Shown in pieces: positions 1 through 9,916 of a stretch of DNA of 36,577 nt; positions within the stretch are counted from its first letter, which is position 1, and the number at the start of each line of letters is the position of its first letter. The translations under genes were made by a program, and so were the position numbers. This DNA is from Candidatus Sericytochromatia bacterium (lineage in GTDB: Bacteria; Cyanobacteriota; Sericytochromatia; JACMPN01): assembly GCA_014377495.1 (NCBI GenBank), contig JACMPN010000336.1, forward strand, positions 1 to 36,577, given 5' to 3'. The notes under the pieces are model-generated. The model did no database searches and was not told the origin of the DNA. It saw only the letters and a program-made list of their open reading frames with translations.

Positions 1-1
1 G

Positions 2-250
2 GCCAGTTGGGAAAACCCGGACGGCACCAAGGTCACGGTCGAGATCCAGGAAACAGTGACAGTGCCGGCCGGCAGCTACGTCGCCTACCGGCTGCGGCAA
101 CGGAAGGGCGAGACCACCATCGTGGACTGGTTCTACCCGGCCATCGGTCTGATCAAAGAACAGAGCGATCAGGCCGTCGTCGAACTGATGAGTCTGCGCA
201 CTGAACCGATCACGACGGCGACTCCGGCCCCCACAGGCAGCCCCAAATGA
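2..250 (+). CDS. 3' end of a hypothetical protein that starts before the window
   Basis: Frame is open from base 2 (ASWENPDGTKVTVEIQETVTVPAGSYVAYRL...WFYPAIGLIKE) to TGA at 248-250. The TVTVPAG...W.xPxxGLIK pattern resembles a beta-rich periplasmic/lipoprotein domain. Confidence 0.7.
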   Translation, partial: ASWENPDGTKVTVEIQETVTVPAGSYVAYRLRQRKGETTIVDWFYPAIGLIKEQSDQAVVELMSLRTEPITTATPAPTGSPK

Positions 251-283
251 GCAACGTTCGTCCCTGACCATCGTCTGACCAGA

Positions 284-1219
284 TCAGGGTTCCACTGGCA
301 CATCGCGCCAGACCAGCCACCGCTGCCAACCAGACGGGGCCGCCCGCAGCAGCGCCAATCGCTCGGAGCCCTGAGCCAGTGCCAGCGACAGGCCCACCGA
401 CGCACGCCAGTCACCCAGACGACTGATGGCAAAGCGCGCCCATGGGGCGACGGCCCATGGCATCACCGGCACTTCCGCCAACCCTGCCTGCTGCCAGTGC
501 GTGCGCCAAGCCCAGGCCAACGCCGACAGGGAGCCGGCCAAATGGGTGCCAGTGCTCCGACGCACAGCCCCCGCTGCCGCATCAGGGGGTGCCCAGCGCA
601 ACCAGCCCGCCAGATCGAGCCATCCCAACTCATGGTCGAAGGCATGGCGAAAGACCTGATGATGGGCCAGATAGAGCAACGTATCGGCCGGATCGAGGTG
701 GAGCACACGCACGGAGCCAAGGTCCAGGGGTCGGGCCCGTGGCCAAAAGGCGGACCAAGGCGGGAGCACCTGATTCAGCCAAGGGCCACCGGATCCGGCG
801 TAATGCAACTGGACGATCTGGCGCCCCCGCAGCCACTCCGTCTGACCGCGCGGCGCCACAAACCCAGCCTCTGCCAAGTGGGCCTGCCACTCCGGCAAGT
901 CCCCCGGTTGGATGACGATATCGAGGTCCCGGGCCGGGCGGATCAGGGAGTCGCCCCAAAGCGTCGCCCCCCAGGCCACCCCTTTGACGACCAGAAATGG
1001 CAGCGCCCAGCCCGTGACCAGTTGCAACGTGCCCAAATGCCCCAGGGCTTCGACGCATACCTGGCGGTGCCAGACGGACGAGGGCCCGCCCCCTTCGGGG
1101 AACAGGCCGGCAATGGGCTGTGCCCCCATCCCGTAAGTTTCGACGATCGCCGGCCAGTCGAGCGCACTGCGGTCGTCCCAATGGTCCAGCAGGGTTTTAA
1201 GGAGTGGATCCGGGATCAT
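284..1219 (-). CDS. Nucleotidyltransferase family protein (NTP_transf_5-like)
   Basis: Motifs LVVKG, RPARDLDIVI, LLYLAHH and LGWLDL. Start overlaps the 3' end of nadK. Confidence 0.75.
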   Translation of the reverse strand: MIPDPLLKTLLDHWDDRSALDWPAIVETYGMGAQPIAGLFPEGGGPSSVWHRQVCVEALGHLGTLQLVTGWALPFLVVKGVAWGATLWGDSLIRPARDLDIVIQPGDLPEWQAHLAEAGFVAPRGQTEWLRGRQIVQLHYAGSGGPWLNQVLPPWSAFWPRARPLDLGSVRVLHLDPADTLLYLAHHQVFRHAFDHELGWLDLAGWLRWAPPDAAAGAVRRSTGTHLAGSLSALAWAWRTHWQQAGLAEVPVMPWAVAPWARFAISRLGDWRASVGLSLALAQGSERLALLRAAPSGWQRWLVWRDVPVEP

Positions 1220-2108
1220 GGGCCGTTACATCACCGGTCGGATAGGCGGAGTATCCCCATTGCAACTTGTCGCGCAGGATCCGGTAGAAGTCGTGCCCGC
1301 TGCGGCGCAGGAAGCGCGCCTTGTACGGACTGGCGGCAATCGTGATCCGATCCCCGGAAAGCAAGGGCAAACCCAGTTGCCCGTCCGCTGTCAAGGCGAT
1401 GCCAGACTCGTGCCGTGGGCGGACCAGGATCGTCACCCGATGCTCCGATGACACGACGAGCGGCCTGGCACTGAGGCTATGCGGGCAGATCGGGGTGACG
1501 AGGATCGCCGAAACGTCCGGGGCGACAATCGGACCGCCGGCACTCAGCGAATAAGCGGTCGACCCCGTTGGCGTCCCGACGATCAACCCGTCGGCGGCCA
1601 GGGTGGTGACCTCGTAGTCTTCGACGAACAGGGTCAGGTCGATCAAACGGGCAAAGCTGCCTTTGGCAACGACGAAGTCGTTCAACACTGTGAAGTGACC
1701 GACGACTTCTCCACCCCGGTCAACGTGGGCTTCGAGCATCAACCGTTCTTCGATCCGGCACTCGCCCCGGATCGCCGCCAGGATCGCCTCTTCCCAATCG
1801 GTGCGCCCGGCCTCTGACATAAAGCCGAGGGTGCCCATGTTCACCCCGAGCAGTGGCGTCTGATGCGGCACCATGCAGCGGGCGGCATAGAGGATGGTAC
1901 CGTCTCCCCCGAACACCACGTAAAAATCGGCCGGCGGGGCGGATGGCAGATCCTCATTGGTGAGCACCGGGAACTGCTGGATGCCTGAGAACTCATTGAA
2001 CCGGATCACTTCACAGCCCTGAGCCATGAGGAACTGCCTGCAGTCGGCAGCAGCCTCCGTGGCGCCGGGGCGGGTGGCGTTGTAGATGATCCCGACGACA
2101 CTGCTCAT
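1197..2108 (-). CDS. nadK: NAD(+) kinase
   Basis: Signature motifs GGDGT, GVNMGTLGF, LND and DGLIVGTPTGSTAYSLSAGGP. Confidence 0.96.
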   Translation of the reverse strand: MSSVVGIIYNATRPGATEAAADCRQFLMAQGCEVIRFNEFSGIQQFPVLTNEDLPSAPPADFYVVFGGDGTILYAARCMVPHQTPLLGVNMGTLGFMSEAGRTDWEEAILAAIRGECRIEERLMLEAHVDRGGEVVGHFTVLNDFVVAKGSFARLIDLTLFVEDYEVTTLAADGLIVGTPTGSTAYSLSAGGPIVAPDVSAILVTPICPHSLSARPLVVSSEHRVTILVRPRHESGIALTADGQLGLPLLSGDRITIAASPYKARFLRRSGHDFYRILRDKLQWGYSAYPTGDVTAHDPGSTP

Positions 2109-2338
2109 TGCCCGTCCTCAACTTCGGGAGCCCGGACGGGGGCATGACCCGGGAAATGGCCATGGATCGCCTGCCGGTAGCGCATGATGCGCTCGACGAC
2201 CTCGTCAGGACCCTCACGCACGATGTATTTGCGGTCGTCAAGCAAGATGACGCGGGTGTCCGGCGTGGCTTCGACCGACAAGATCAGTTCGGCATTGAGG
2301 ACAAAGCTTTTGCCGTCCAGGTTGGTTAATTGGATCAT
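2105..2338 (-). CDS. flbD: FlbD/SwrD family flagellar protein
   Basis: MIQLTNLDGKSFVLNAELILSVEATPDTRVILLDDRKYIVRE...EVVERIMRYR matches the FlbD pattern. Start reassigned to ATG 2338; ATGA overlap with nadK. Confidence 0.88.
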   Translation of the reverse strand: MIQLTNLDGKSFVLNAELILSVEATPDTRVILLDDRKYIVREGPDEVVERIMRYRQAIHGHFPGHAPVRAPEVEDGQ

Positions 2339-2410
2339 GGGTCCCGCAGGCCTCTCACAACATCTGAGGCGATAGACGCTCCTACCGCCGACCAAGGCCG
2401 CCTGAGCGGT

Positions 2411-2419
2411 ATCGTAGCA
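2411..2419 (-). promoter_or_regulatory. Possible extended -10 promoter for flbD-nadK
   Basis: TGcTACGAT on the minus strand about 70 nt upstream of flbD; no strong -35. Confidence 0.35.
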
Positions 2420-2458
2420 CTCCCGGGAACCGCCCGAACTCCCATCATGAGGCGTTCG

Positions 2459-3427
2459 TTACGCCCCCCCAAAGTAGCCTACTGTCCGCAGCTTCAGTTC
2501 ATCAAGACTTGACCCATGGATCGTCAGGCGGCGATAGACACCGGTTCCTGGCTGCGCCAGTCCCTCTCCCACCAACAGCACCCGGGAGATCCCCTGCGCC
2601 TGCAGGTACTGGATCTGCTCGGGGCGGTGACTGCCATTGGGAAAGGCATACGTGCGCATCGGCAACTGCAGGGTTTCGGCAAAATACCGCTGACAAGCGG
2701 CCACGTCCGCCTCGAAAAATCCCATGTCCTCGAAGCCCATGGACTCGTGATCGAAGGAATGGGCCCCGATTTCGTGGGTCATGGCCAACTGGCGCACCTC
2801 CGTTGCGGACAGCATCGGGGTGAATGGCACGTCGCCAAAGCGGGCCATCGCTTCAGAAACGATCGCCCACAACGATGCCCGCTCGCTGCGCTGGCGATTT
2901 TTGAGAAACCGGCTCAACGCCAGGCCAAATCGCATTTTGCTGTCGGCGTCGGCGGTAGGCGCAGGCATGTCGAAGCCCGGAAGCCGCATCTCGGCGAGAA
3001 GCGTCGGCGGCGCAACTTGGAGGAAATCGTACATCGCCACGTTCCAGGGAGGTCGCCCCGACTCGACGCACGCCGGGATGACATTCTGATTGGCTGGCAG
3101 GCCATGCTTGGCTAAAAGGGGCACAGCGTAATCCAGAAAGTCCCGATAACCGTCGTCAAACGAGAGGATGAGAGAAGGACGGTCCGTCGTCATCGCCATC
3201 GCACTCAGGGTGGTCACATGGAAATGGCGGCCGATATAGGCCAACAGTTGGTCGAATAAATCGGGATCCAAGGGACTCCAAAACGGATTGGCCACCGGGT
3301 GCACCCGGTGAAGACTCAGGATCGGGACGAGACGCCGGGCGTGCAGGCGCCATCGGCGAGCCGTATCGACTTGTGCCAAACAGGCCAGCGAACACACCAG
3401 TCGTCGGAGCATCGCCGGTATCCCCAT
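2459..3427 (-). CDS. Polysaccharide deacetylase (CE4/NodB-like)
   Basis: Motifs LSFDDGY, EIGAHSFDH and YAFPNG. Confidence 0.88.
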   Translation of the reverse strand: MGIPAMLRRLVCSLACLAQVDTARRWRLHARRLVPILSLHRVHPVANPFWSPLDPDLFDQLLAYIGRHFHVTTLSAMAMTTDRPSLILSFDDGYRDFLDYAVPLLAKHGLPANQNVIPACVESGRPPWNVAMYDFLQVAPPTLLAEMRLPGFDMPAPTADADSKMRFGLALSRFLKNRQRSERASLWAIVSEAMARFGDVPFTPMLSATEVRQLAMTHEIGAHSFDHESMGFEDMGFFEADVAACQRYFAETLQLPMRTYAFPNGSHRPEQIQYLQAQGISRVLLVGEGLAQPGTGVYRRLTIHGSSLDELKLRTVGYFGGA

Positions 3428-3521
3428 GCCCTGCCTCCTATTTGATCACTTGCGACTGGCGGCGTTCGGCTTGTGGCCAGGCCGCCCCGTTCCTACAATG
3501 ACCATGATACAGACCATGCGG

Positions 3522-4505
3522 TTACGGAACGGTCCTGGGACTTGGTGCCACGGCGATCGGCGCCAAATCCCGGCACAGCCAACGTCGGGCCCAACCGACG
3601 TACATGGCCAGATCCGTGACCAGGAGGACCGCCCCCGCACCCAACCGGTCCCCCCGGTGACGTTCACGCAGGTCTGCTTCGAGCCGATGGCGCTGCAAGC
3701 GCCGTTCGGTTCGCAGGAGCCAGCCTGCCACCACCATCGGCATGCTCACCCAAACGGGCAAGAGCAAGAGCACCATTGCGCCGAGCAACCAGTAGCGCAG
3801 GGTGGGCCAGTGCCAGTCCCGTTCCCTGCCGGCCCGGGCACTGTGTTCGGCCAACATGACTTGCCGACGCCATAGGGATCCCCAGGATTGGGGGCCGATC
3901 CATGTGATGACCGCATCCGGCGCCTCGACGACCGACATCGTCACCAGTTTCAGCATGAAAATCCGGTCTTCGGCCGCCCGCGTCGCCGGGAATCCGCCAA
4001 TCGTCTCCCAGGCCGCCTTGCGCACGATTGAACAGGCGATGAAATGGTTCCGCATTAACCCGCCCGGGACCGCCCGTGCCGGGGGCAGGACGGCCAAGGT
4101 AAACCAGCGGGCAACAAGAGACTTGATTTCCGACACATAGTAACCGTATGCAACGGCATGCTCCGTCCCGGCAACAGCTTCCCATAGAGCGGCCAGCCAG
4201 CCGGCGTGCGGATGCGTCCCACCGTCGATGTAGACGACCCACGGCGTTTCAGCGGCGGCACTGCCCAGATTGCGCCCTTCGCCCGGATACGCCTTGTCGA
4301 CTTCGATCACCCTGAGCTCGGCATACGCCTCCTGCATGGTGCGAAGGGCTTGGCGAGTCCCGTCAGTCGACCCGGCATCGACGACGACCACGGCAGCGGG
4401 CCGCTGTGAAAACACCTCGGTCAGCAGCGGGCCAATACTACTGATCTCGTTCCGGACCGGGATGACCACGGTAACGGGAAACCTGCCGTTCTCTGGCTCA
4501 GTCAT
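3522..4505 (-). CDS. Glycosyltransferase family 2 with C-terminal membrane segment
   Basis: Motifs VVIPVRNE, VVDAGSTDGT, GRNLG and AAED; hydrophobic C-terminus. Confidence 0.9.
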   Translation of the reverse strand: MTEPENGRFPVTVVIPVRNEISSIGPLLTEVFSQRPAAVVVVDAGSTDGTRQALRTMQEAYAELRVIEVDKAYPGEGRNLGSAAAETPWVVYIDGGTHPHAGWLAALWEAVAGTEHAVAYGYYVSEIKSLVARWFTLAVLPPARAVPGGLMRNHFIACSIVRKAAWETIGGFPATRAAEDRIFMLKLVTMSVVEAPDAVITWIGPQSWGSLWRRQVMLAEHSARAGRERDWHWPTLRYWLLGAMVLLLLPVWVSMPMVVAGWLLRTERRLQRHRLEADLRERHRGDRLGAGAVLLVTDLAMYVGWARRWLCRDLAPIAVAPSPRTVP

Positions 4506-4711
4506 TGCCGGTCATGCAGCCGCAATCCCCCGTGGTGTGTCGTTGATCATCGCCAATTGTCCCACAAACATACGCCACAGGGCCTAGCCACCCGGGGCAG
4601 TTTTACCGGCATCGCCGGTCACCGACAGGGTGCGGCTGGTCTCAGGATCAATTCCCGTGATATTGTCGGCAACGGCATCGCCCTTTGGTCCGACCATGAC
4701 AAGGCCCCCCA

Positions 4712-5851
4712 ATGCAAATCGTTCCGCTCTCCCCCGACATGGCTCCTGCGCTGCAACAGTTCCTGGCGCGCCACTATCCCGATTGTCCCGCCAAAGCCGA
4801 TCCTGCGTACCGGACTTGGAAGTTCAGCGCACACCCGGCAGGCTCGGCGCTGTCTGACTACCTTCTGGCGATCGACGAAGGCGTCATCGTCGGCCAACTC
4901 GCCCTGATCAAAGATTACGTCTGGACAGCGGGCAGCGTCACCCCCTGCTATTGGCTCGCCGACCTGATCGTGGCCGAAAGCCATCGGACGACGGCGGCAC
5001 TCTTTCAGCTGTTGCGGACGGCCATGGCGAATCACCCCTTGCTGATGCTGAACGGGGCAACGGAGAAATTGGCACCGCTTTTCCATCGCTTTGGCTGGAA
5101 GCCACTCACCGTGATGACCGATTTCTATCAGATCCTGCGCCCGAGCGGGGCGCTCCGGTTCGGGCGCGGTGTCGGTCGCATGGGTCGCCTGAGACACTTC
5201 ATGCCACTGGTCGCCATTGCTGACGGCATCCTACCCCTCGCCTGGTCCCTGGTTACCCAGGCCCAAACCGCATTCGGACGTTACGATGTTCGCCCGTTGG
5301 ATCCTCTGGACCGGGAGATCGGCACGCTGTTTGCAGCGATTGTCCCGAAACTGGGCGCCACGAGCGCCCGGGACGCATCCATCTATCAGTGGAAGACCCA
5401 TCAGCGGCCTATCGGCACCGACATCACGCTCGGCGCTTACGATGCAGTCTCGGGAATCCTGCGGGGCTGTCTGGTCGCCAAAATCATGGACCGGGTTGGG
5501 GTCGCCCGGTGGATCGAGATCAGCGATTTGCTCGTGGACCCGGATGATCATGGGTGCCTCATCGCCCTGCTAACGTCCGTGAGGCGGATGGCCCTGGACA
5601 CCCGTGCCGACTTCCTTCGGGCCAGGCTCGGCTGGCCGGCCCTTGCCGGGACGCTGGCCCGCCAAGGCTGGCTGGCCCGACCAAGCACGTTTTCGAATCA
5701 GGTACTTGCCTACAGCCGGGACAACGACCATTTACAAGCCCTGACCGAGTTGCCGTGGACCCTGACGGCCATGATCGGAGACACGGTCGACACGGGCCGC
5801 GACGAATGGCGAGTGGACCAGACCACTCGGCTGGCGCCAATATCCGGCTAG
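4712..5851 (+). CDS. GNAT-fold acyltransferase-like protein, probably two GNAT domains
   Basis: Y..WKF..HP, IVGQLA, CYWLADLIV...HR, LFHRFGW, then a second YQWK...RP unit; pattern seen in GNAT-like proteins of polysaccharide loci. Confidence 0.6.
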   Translation: MQIVPLSPDMAPALQQFLARHYPDCPAKADPAYRTWKFSAHPAGSALSDYLLAIDEGVIVGQLALIKDYVWTAGSVTPCYWLADLIVAESHRTTAALFQLLRTAMANHPLLMLNGATEKLAPLFHRFGWKPLTVMTDFYQILRPSGALRFGRGVGRMGRLRHFMPLVAIADGILPLAWSLVTQAQTAFGRYDVRPLDPLDREIGTLFAAIVPKLGATSARDASIYQWKTHQRPIGTDITLGAYDAVSGILRGCLVAKIMDRVGVARWIEISDLLVDPDDHGCLIALLTSVRRMALDTRADFLRARLGWPALAGTLARQGWLARPSTFSNQVLAYSRDNDHLQALTELPWTLTAMIGDTVDTGRDEWRVDQTTRLAPISG

Positions 5852-5945
5852 GCCTCTGCAGAAGGAACCGAGCGTATGGTGAGGGAAGAAGGGCCGCATG
5901 CGACCGTTGGCCATGGCGCGCCCCCGCTAATCGGAAAAGCATGCG

Positions 5946-7469
5946 TCACGTTTCTTGGCCAACTGTCGCTGCCTGCACGGTCACGATGCCCGGCGGATTT
6001 GCCTGGTGCAGACACATGAGGATTTCAGCTGCCACATGACTGGGGGAGACGGCTCCATGTCGGCCCATTGGTGTGTTCGTCAAATCGGTCAACAGTTTGA
6101 CTGGTCTGGCGATGACAAAGGCCGTGTTGGCGTACTGCTTGGCCGCCGTATGGACGAGCCCTTCGATGGCCATTTTCGCGGCCACATAATGCGGCCACTC
6201 TGCCGGTGGGTCGTTGATCGCGGACGATGAAACGAAGACACAGGTACCGGCACGTTGTTCCAGGAGCGGCAAGCAAACGCTCATTGGCATTAGGGCGAGG
6301 GCGAGACTTTCGTGGACATAATGGGCGATGCGTTCGGCCGCCGTCGCCTCGATCCGCAGCGATGGGATGGCCGGCGCCGCATTGCAGATGAGGTAGTCCA
6401 ATCGCCCGCTTTCCCGGCTGATCCGCTCAGCCAGGGCCTGGTTATGGTCCAAGCGTGCCATGTCACCGGCCACGAGATGGATCCGTTGTCGGGCCTCCGG
6501 CACGGCGTCACGCATGGCTGCGGCGACCGCGCCGCTCATGTGATACGTCACATACACGGTGCCCCCGCTAAGGGCAAACAGTTGGGAAAACGCCGCCCCC
6601 AGCCCCCGACTGCCCCCCACGATCAACGCCACCTGCCCGGTAAAATCGATGCCTGGGTCCACAAGCGCACGCAGGTCATCCTGATGTGCCGGCCGCAAAA
6701 CCGGTCTGACGATGGCGGCACTGCGGATGGAAGCGACAGTGTGTCCGCCCACCTGAACGTCCGACACCAAGCGCAACAGGCGAAACCGGGGATCAAACCG
6801 TTCAATGCGGGTCTCATACGCCAGGGAAGGGCCACCGTCCGTCAGTGGACTGAATTCAATCCGACAGGAATGAAACAGCGCTTGTCGACCCGGGAGTCGC
6901 ATGCCAATCAGGAAGCTGCTCAATAGCAGTACGGCCAGACGATTGCCCCAAAAGCATGGCTTGACCAGCGAAAAACGTGTGGCCAGTTGCGCCAGTGTGC
7001 CGGCTTCAGGCGCATAGGTACCTGAATCGGTCAGGCCCGCAACGAATGTGCCAGGATCAGGGTCGTGCGGCCGTTCGGGTGCGGGCCACGATTCCCAGGC
7101 CACAACCTCGCTAGGGAGTACACCCGGCTGAAAAGTCACGGTGACTTCCATCATCAGGCGACTGCCGTCCAGTATCCGGCCTTTGATGCTTGCGGGATCA
7201 GCCTCCGAAACAAGGACCTGATAGGTGGGCCCGACTAGCATCGGCGCGATGAAATCACAACTGACCCCGGTGAGACATCGACCCGGGGCCGGCTTCATGT
7301 ATCCCAAACATGCCAGGACTCCGAGCATACCGAAAACAACCGGTTCCCCTGCCGAGGACTGTCGGGCATAGCTTGCAGAAACATGGAGGGGGTTATGATC
7401 GTGCGCCGCCTGGGCAAACAGGGCCACGTCAGCTTCGGTGAAGCATACAGAGAGTTCGGGGGCGGCCAT
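5946..7469 (-). CDS. MaoC/hotdog dehydratase - SDR ketoreductase fusion
   Basis: N-terminal FAQAAHDHNPLH...VVFGML (MaoC); central probable second hotdog (GMRLPG..ALF); C-terminal SDR with GGSRGLG, CNAA, SS and YVAAK. Start reassigned to ATG 7469. Confidence 0.85.
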   Translation of the reverse strand: MAAPELSVCFTEADVALFAQAAHDHNPLHVSASYARQSSAGEPVVFGMLGVLACLGYMKPAPGRCLTGVSCDFIAPMLVGPTYQVLVSEADPASIKGRILDGSRLMMEVTVTFQPGVLPSEVVAWESWPAPERPHDPDPGTFVAGLTDSGTYAPEAGTLAQLATRFSLVKPCFWGNRLAVLLLSSFLIGMRLPGRQALFHSCRIEFSPLTDGGPSLAYETRIERFDPRFRLLRLVSDVQVGGHTVASIRSAAIVRPVLRPAHQDDLRALVDPGIDFTGQVALIVGGSRGLGAAFSQLFALSGGTVYVTYHMSGAVAAAMRDAVPEARQRIHLVAGDMARLDHNQALAERISRESGRLDYLICNAAPAIPSLRIEATAAERIAHYVHESLALALMPMSVCLPLLEQRAGTCVFVSSSAINDPPAEWPHYVAAKMAIEGLVHTAAKQYANTAFVIARPVKLLTDLTNTPMGRHGAVSPSHVAAEILMCLHQANPPGIVTVQAATVGQET

Positions 7470-7834
7470 GGGGAAGCGCACTCCGTATTCACATGCGGAC
7501 GAGACAGGACGGATGCAGTTGGGACTGCCTTGACGACAGGCACCTGAGGAAAAAACGATCGTCAGAATGAGCCTGCAGGCTGGTAGGAGACCAGTCGCCT
7601 CCGAGTATACGGCAAGACACTCAGCACTGTTCCAGATGATGATGCAGGATGCTGGGTTGGACGCCATTCCTTGATTGGGCATGACTGACCCGATTCACGC
7701 CGGCGCGCCTACTGTGGGCCGAATCCCGGGACGCCATCTTGATGGGATTGCATAGCCTGGGTCATCATGTGTGGCATAGTCTGTCCACCTGCATGTGTCG
7801 CTCAAGATGCAATACCCATCAAGGCTTTTACCCG

Positions 7835-9613
7835 ATGCCCCATCTTTCCCCCGACGCCGTTCACCACATACTGGCAGGCACTGCCGACGGCAAATTCGCC
7901 AGTATCGTGCAGGCGGTCGCCAAACTGGACCAGTTGGATCACGCCTGGAAAGCGGAGGGCTCTGTCTATGTCTTGCGCAATGTCACCGTCGAAGGTTTGG
8001 CCCCTTTCATCAAACTCCCCGCATATCGGCAGAATTTGCGCCTGAACGTCACTTTTTCGGACTATGACACGTATCAGCAGGACTTGCTCGATCCCGCATC
8101 GAGATTTCATGAGTCGCGTCATGACCTGGTCGTCTTAGCCCTGTGGCTCGACACCTTGGCGATGGCATTTGATGGGCGGGACGCCCTGCAGGCCGAGGCT
8201 GTTTTTGATCACGTCCAGAACGTGGTGGCCCAGATCAAGCAGCACACGGATGCGCCCATCGCCATCAACACCTTTCTGCCGCCTTTCCACCACCAGGACG
8301 AGTGGTGTCCCTTGCCAGGCTTGGCTGCCTTAAACCAGCGCTTGCGGGACGCGGCCACCAGTGATGGCCAATTGCTGCTCGTCGACTTTGACCGCCTGCT
8401 TGGGACCATTGGGATGAAACAGGGACTTGATCGCCGCTACTGGTTTCGGTTCAAAGCCCCGGCGGGCCCGGCATTCTTGCAGGCGTGGGGCCGGAAGTTG
8501 GCCCAGGCCGTGGCCAGCCTGAAGGGTCTGAGTCGCAAGGTCTTGATTCTCGATTGTGACAACACCCTGTGGGGAGGCGTCATCGGTGAAGACGGACTGG
8601 CGGGCATCCAACTGAGTCCGCACGACTACCCCGGCAATGTTTACCATGCGTTTCAGCGTCAGGTCCTGGCACTCCAGCAGCAAGGCATTCTTTTGGCGCT
8701 GTGCAGCAAGAACAACGAAGACGACGTGTTTGCGGTGATGCGGGATCATCCGGACTGTATCATCCGACATGAGCATCTCGCCGGCTGGCGGATCAATTGG
8801 CAGGATAAGGCCGCTAATCTGATAGCCCTGGCTGAGGAGTTGCGGCTTGGTCTCGACAGTTTCGTTTTCATCGATGACAGCCCGACGGAATGTGACCGGA
8901 TCCGGCAGTCATTGCCGGAAGTAGCGGTTCTTCAGGTACCCTCAGCCATCCACGAGTTGCCATCCCTATTGCAGGAGTTTCAGGGCTTCATGACGCTGAC
9001 GCTGAGTGCCGAAGATCAAGTCCGCACCGAGCTTTATCAGCTCGAGAGGCAACGACGGCAGGTCTCTGCGCCGCATGGCGACTTGGCGGATTTTGTCGCT
9101 TCGTTGGCACTCAAGGCATCCATCGGGGAAGCCCGTATCGAGGAACTGGCCCGGGTTGCCCAGTTGACTCAGAAGACCAACCAATTCAATCTCACCACCC
9201 GCCGCTACAGCGAATCTGAAATTGGCCATCTGGCAGCTGATCCGGAAAGCCTCGTCCTGATTATGAAAGTGGCTGACACTTACGGTGAGTATGGTCTCAC
9301 CGGTGTCGCCATCGCCCGCCGTGAGAGCTCTGGGATCCACGTCGATACGTTTTTATTGAGTTGTCGCATCTTGGGTCGACAATTGGAAACGGTATTTCTG
9401 CGGGAGGTCCTGGCCCTTGCCGCAGGGCGCTGGGGGCCGCAGCCGGTGCGAGCCGAATTCATCCGCACGGCAAAAAACGACCAAGTCGCCACCTTCTTCG
9501 ACAACCATGCCTTTGTCCGCGACGGTGGGGACACACAACACCAGCATTATGTATTGCCGGAGCTGCCGATTCAGCCGCCGATCCCCTATATCACCGTTGT
9601 CAGGAGAGCTTGA
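7835..9613 (+). CDS. FkbH-like HAD-IIIC glyceryl transferase/phosphatase
   Basis: Motifs LILDCDNTLWGG, CSKNN, INWQDK, FVFIDDSPTEC, QLTQKTNQFNLT and FLLSCRILGR. Start reassigned to ATG 7835. Confidence 0.93.
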   Translation: MPHLSPDAVHHILAGTADGKFASIVQAVAKLDQLDHAWKAEGSVYVLRNVTVEGLAPFIKLPAYRQNLRLNVTFSDYDTYQQDLLDPASRFHESRHDLVVLALWLDTLAMAFDGRDALQAEAVFDHVQNVVAQIKQHTDAPIAINTFLPPFHHQDEWCPLPGLAALNQRLRDAATSDGQLLLVDFDRLLGTIGMKQGLDRRYWFRFKAPAGPAFLQAWGRKLAQAVASLKGLSRKVLILDCDNTLWGGVIGEDGLAGIQLSPHDYPGNVYHAFQRQVLALQQQGILLALCSKNNEDDVFAVMRDHPDCIIRHEHLAGWRINWQDKAANLIALAEELRLGLDSFVFIDDSPTECDRIRQSLPEVAVLQVPSAIHELPSLLQEFQGFMTLTLSAEDQVRTELYQLERQRRQVSAPHGDLADFVASLALKASIGEARIEELARVAQLTQKTNQFNLTTRRYSESEIGHLAADPESLVLIMKVADTYGEYGLTGVAIARRESSGIHVDTFLLSCRILGRQLETVFLREVLALAAGRWGPQPVRAEFIRTAKNDQVATFFDNHAFVRDGGDTQHQHYVLPELPIQPPIPYITVVRRA

Positions 9614-9615
9614 GC

Positions 9616-9843
9616 ATGGAACAGCGCATCAAACAGGTAATGGCCGCCATCTTGGACGTTGACGCAGCGGTCATTGGCAACGATTCATCGCCGAAAACAA
9701 TCGGCAGTTGGGACTCACTGCGGCACATGAACCTGATTCTGGGCTTGGAAGACGAATTCGGTGTGCAGTTCGGCGATGATCAGTTTGCCGAACTAACCTC
9801 GTATCACCGCATCCTCATGGCACTGACCAACCTCGTATCCTGA
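9616..9843 (+). CDS. Acyl carrier protein
   Basis: 75 aa with WDSLRHMNLILGLEDEFGVQF (phosphopantetheine Ser motif); starts 2 nt after the FkbH stop with GGAG upstream. Confidence 0.92.
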   Translation: MEQRIKQVMAAILDVDAAVIGNDSSPKTIGSWDSLRHMNLILGLEDEFGVQFGDDQFAELTSYHRILMALTNLVS

Positions 9844-9916
9844 GTTGCCAGCGGCGTCACCGGAATCACCTCGGCACCGCTGGCAGGTTTACCCGATGAC
9901 AGACTTTCGGATTCCG

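Noticed and set aside
7470-7834. N-terminal extensions predicted by the ORF track for the MaoC-SDR and FkbH genes
   Set aside because: Cys/His/Ser-rich, non-protein-like sequence before the first motifs; more likely the divergent promoter region.
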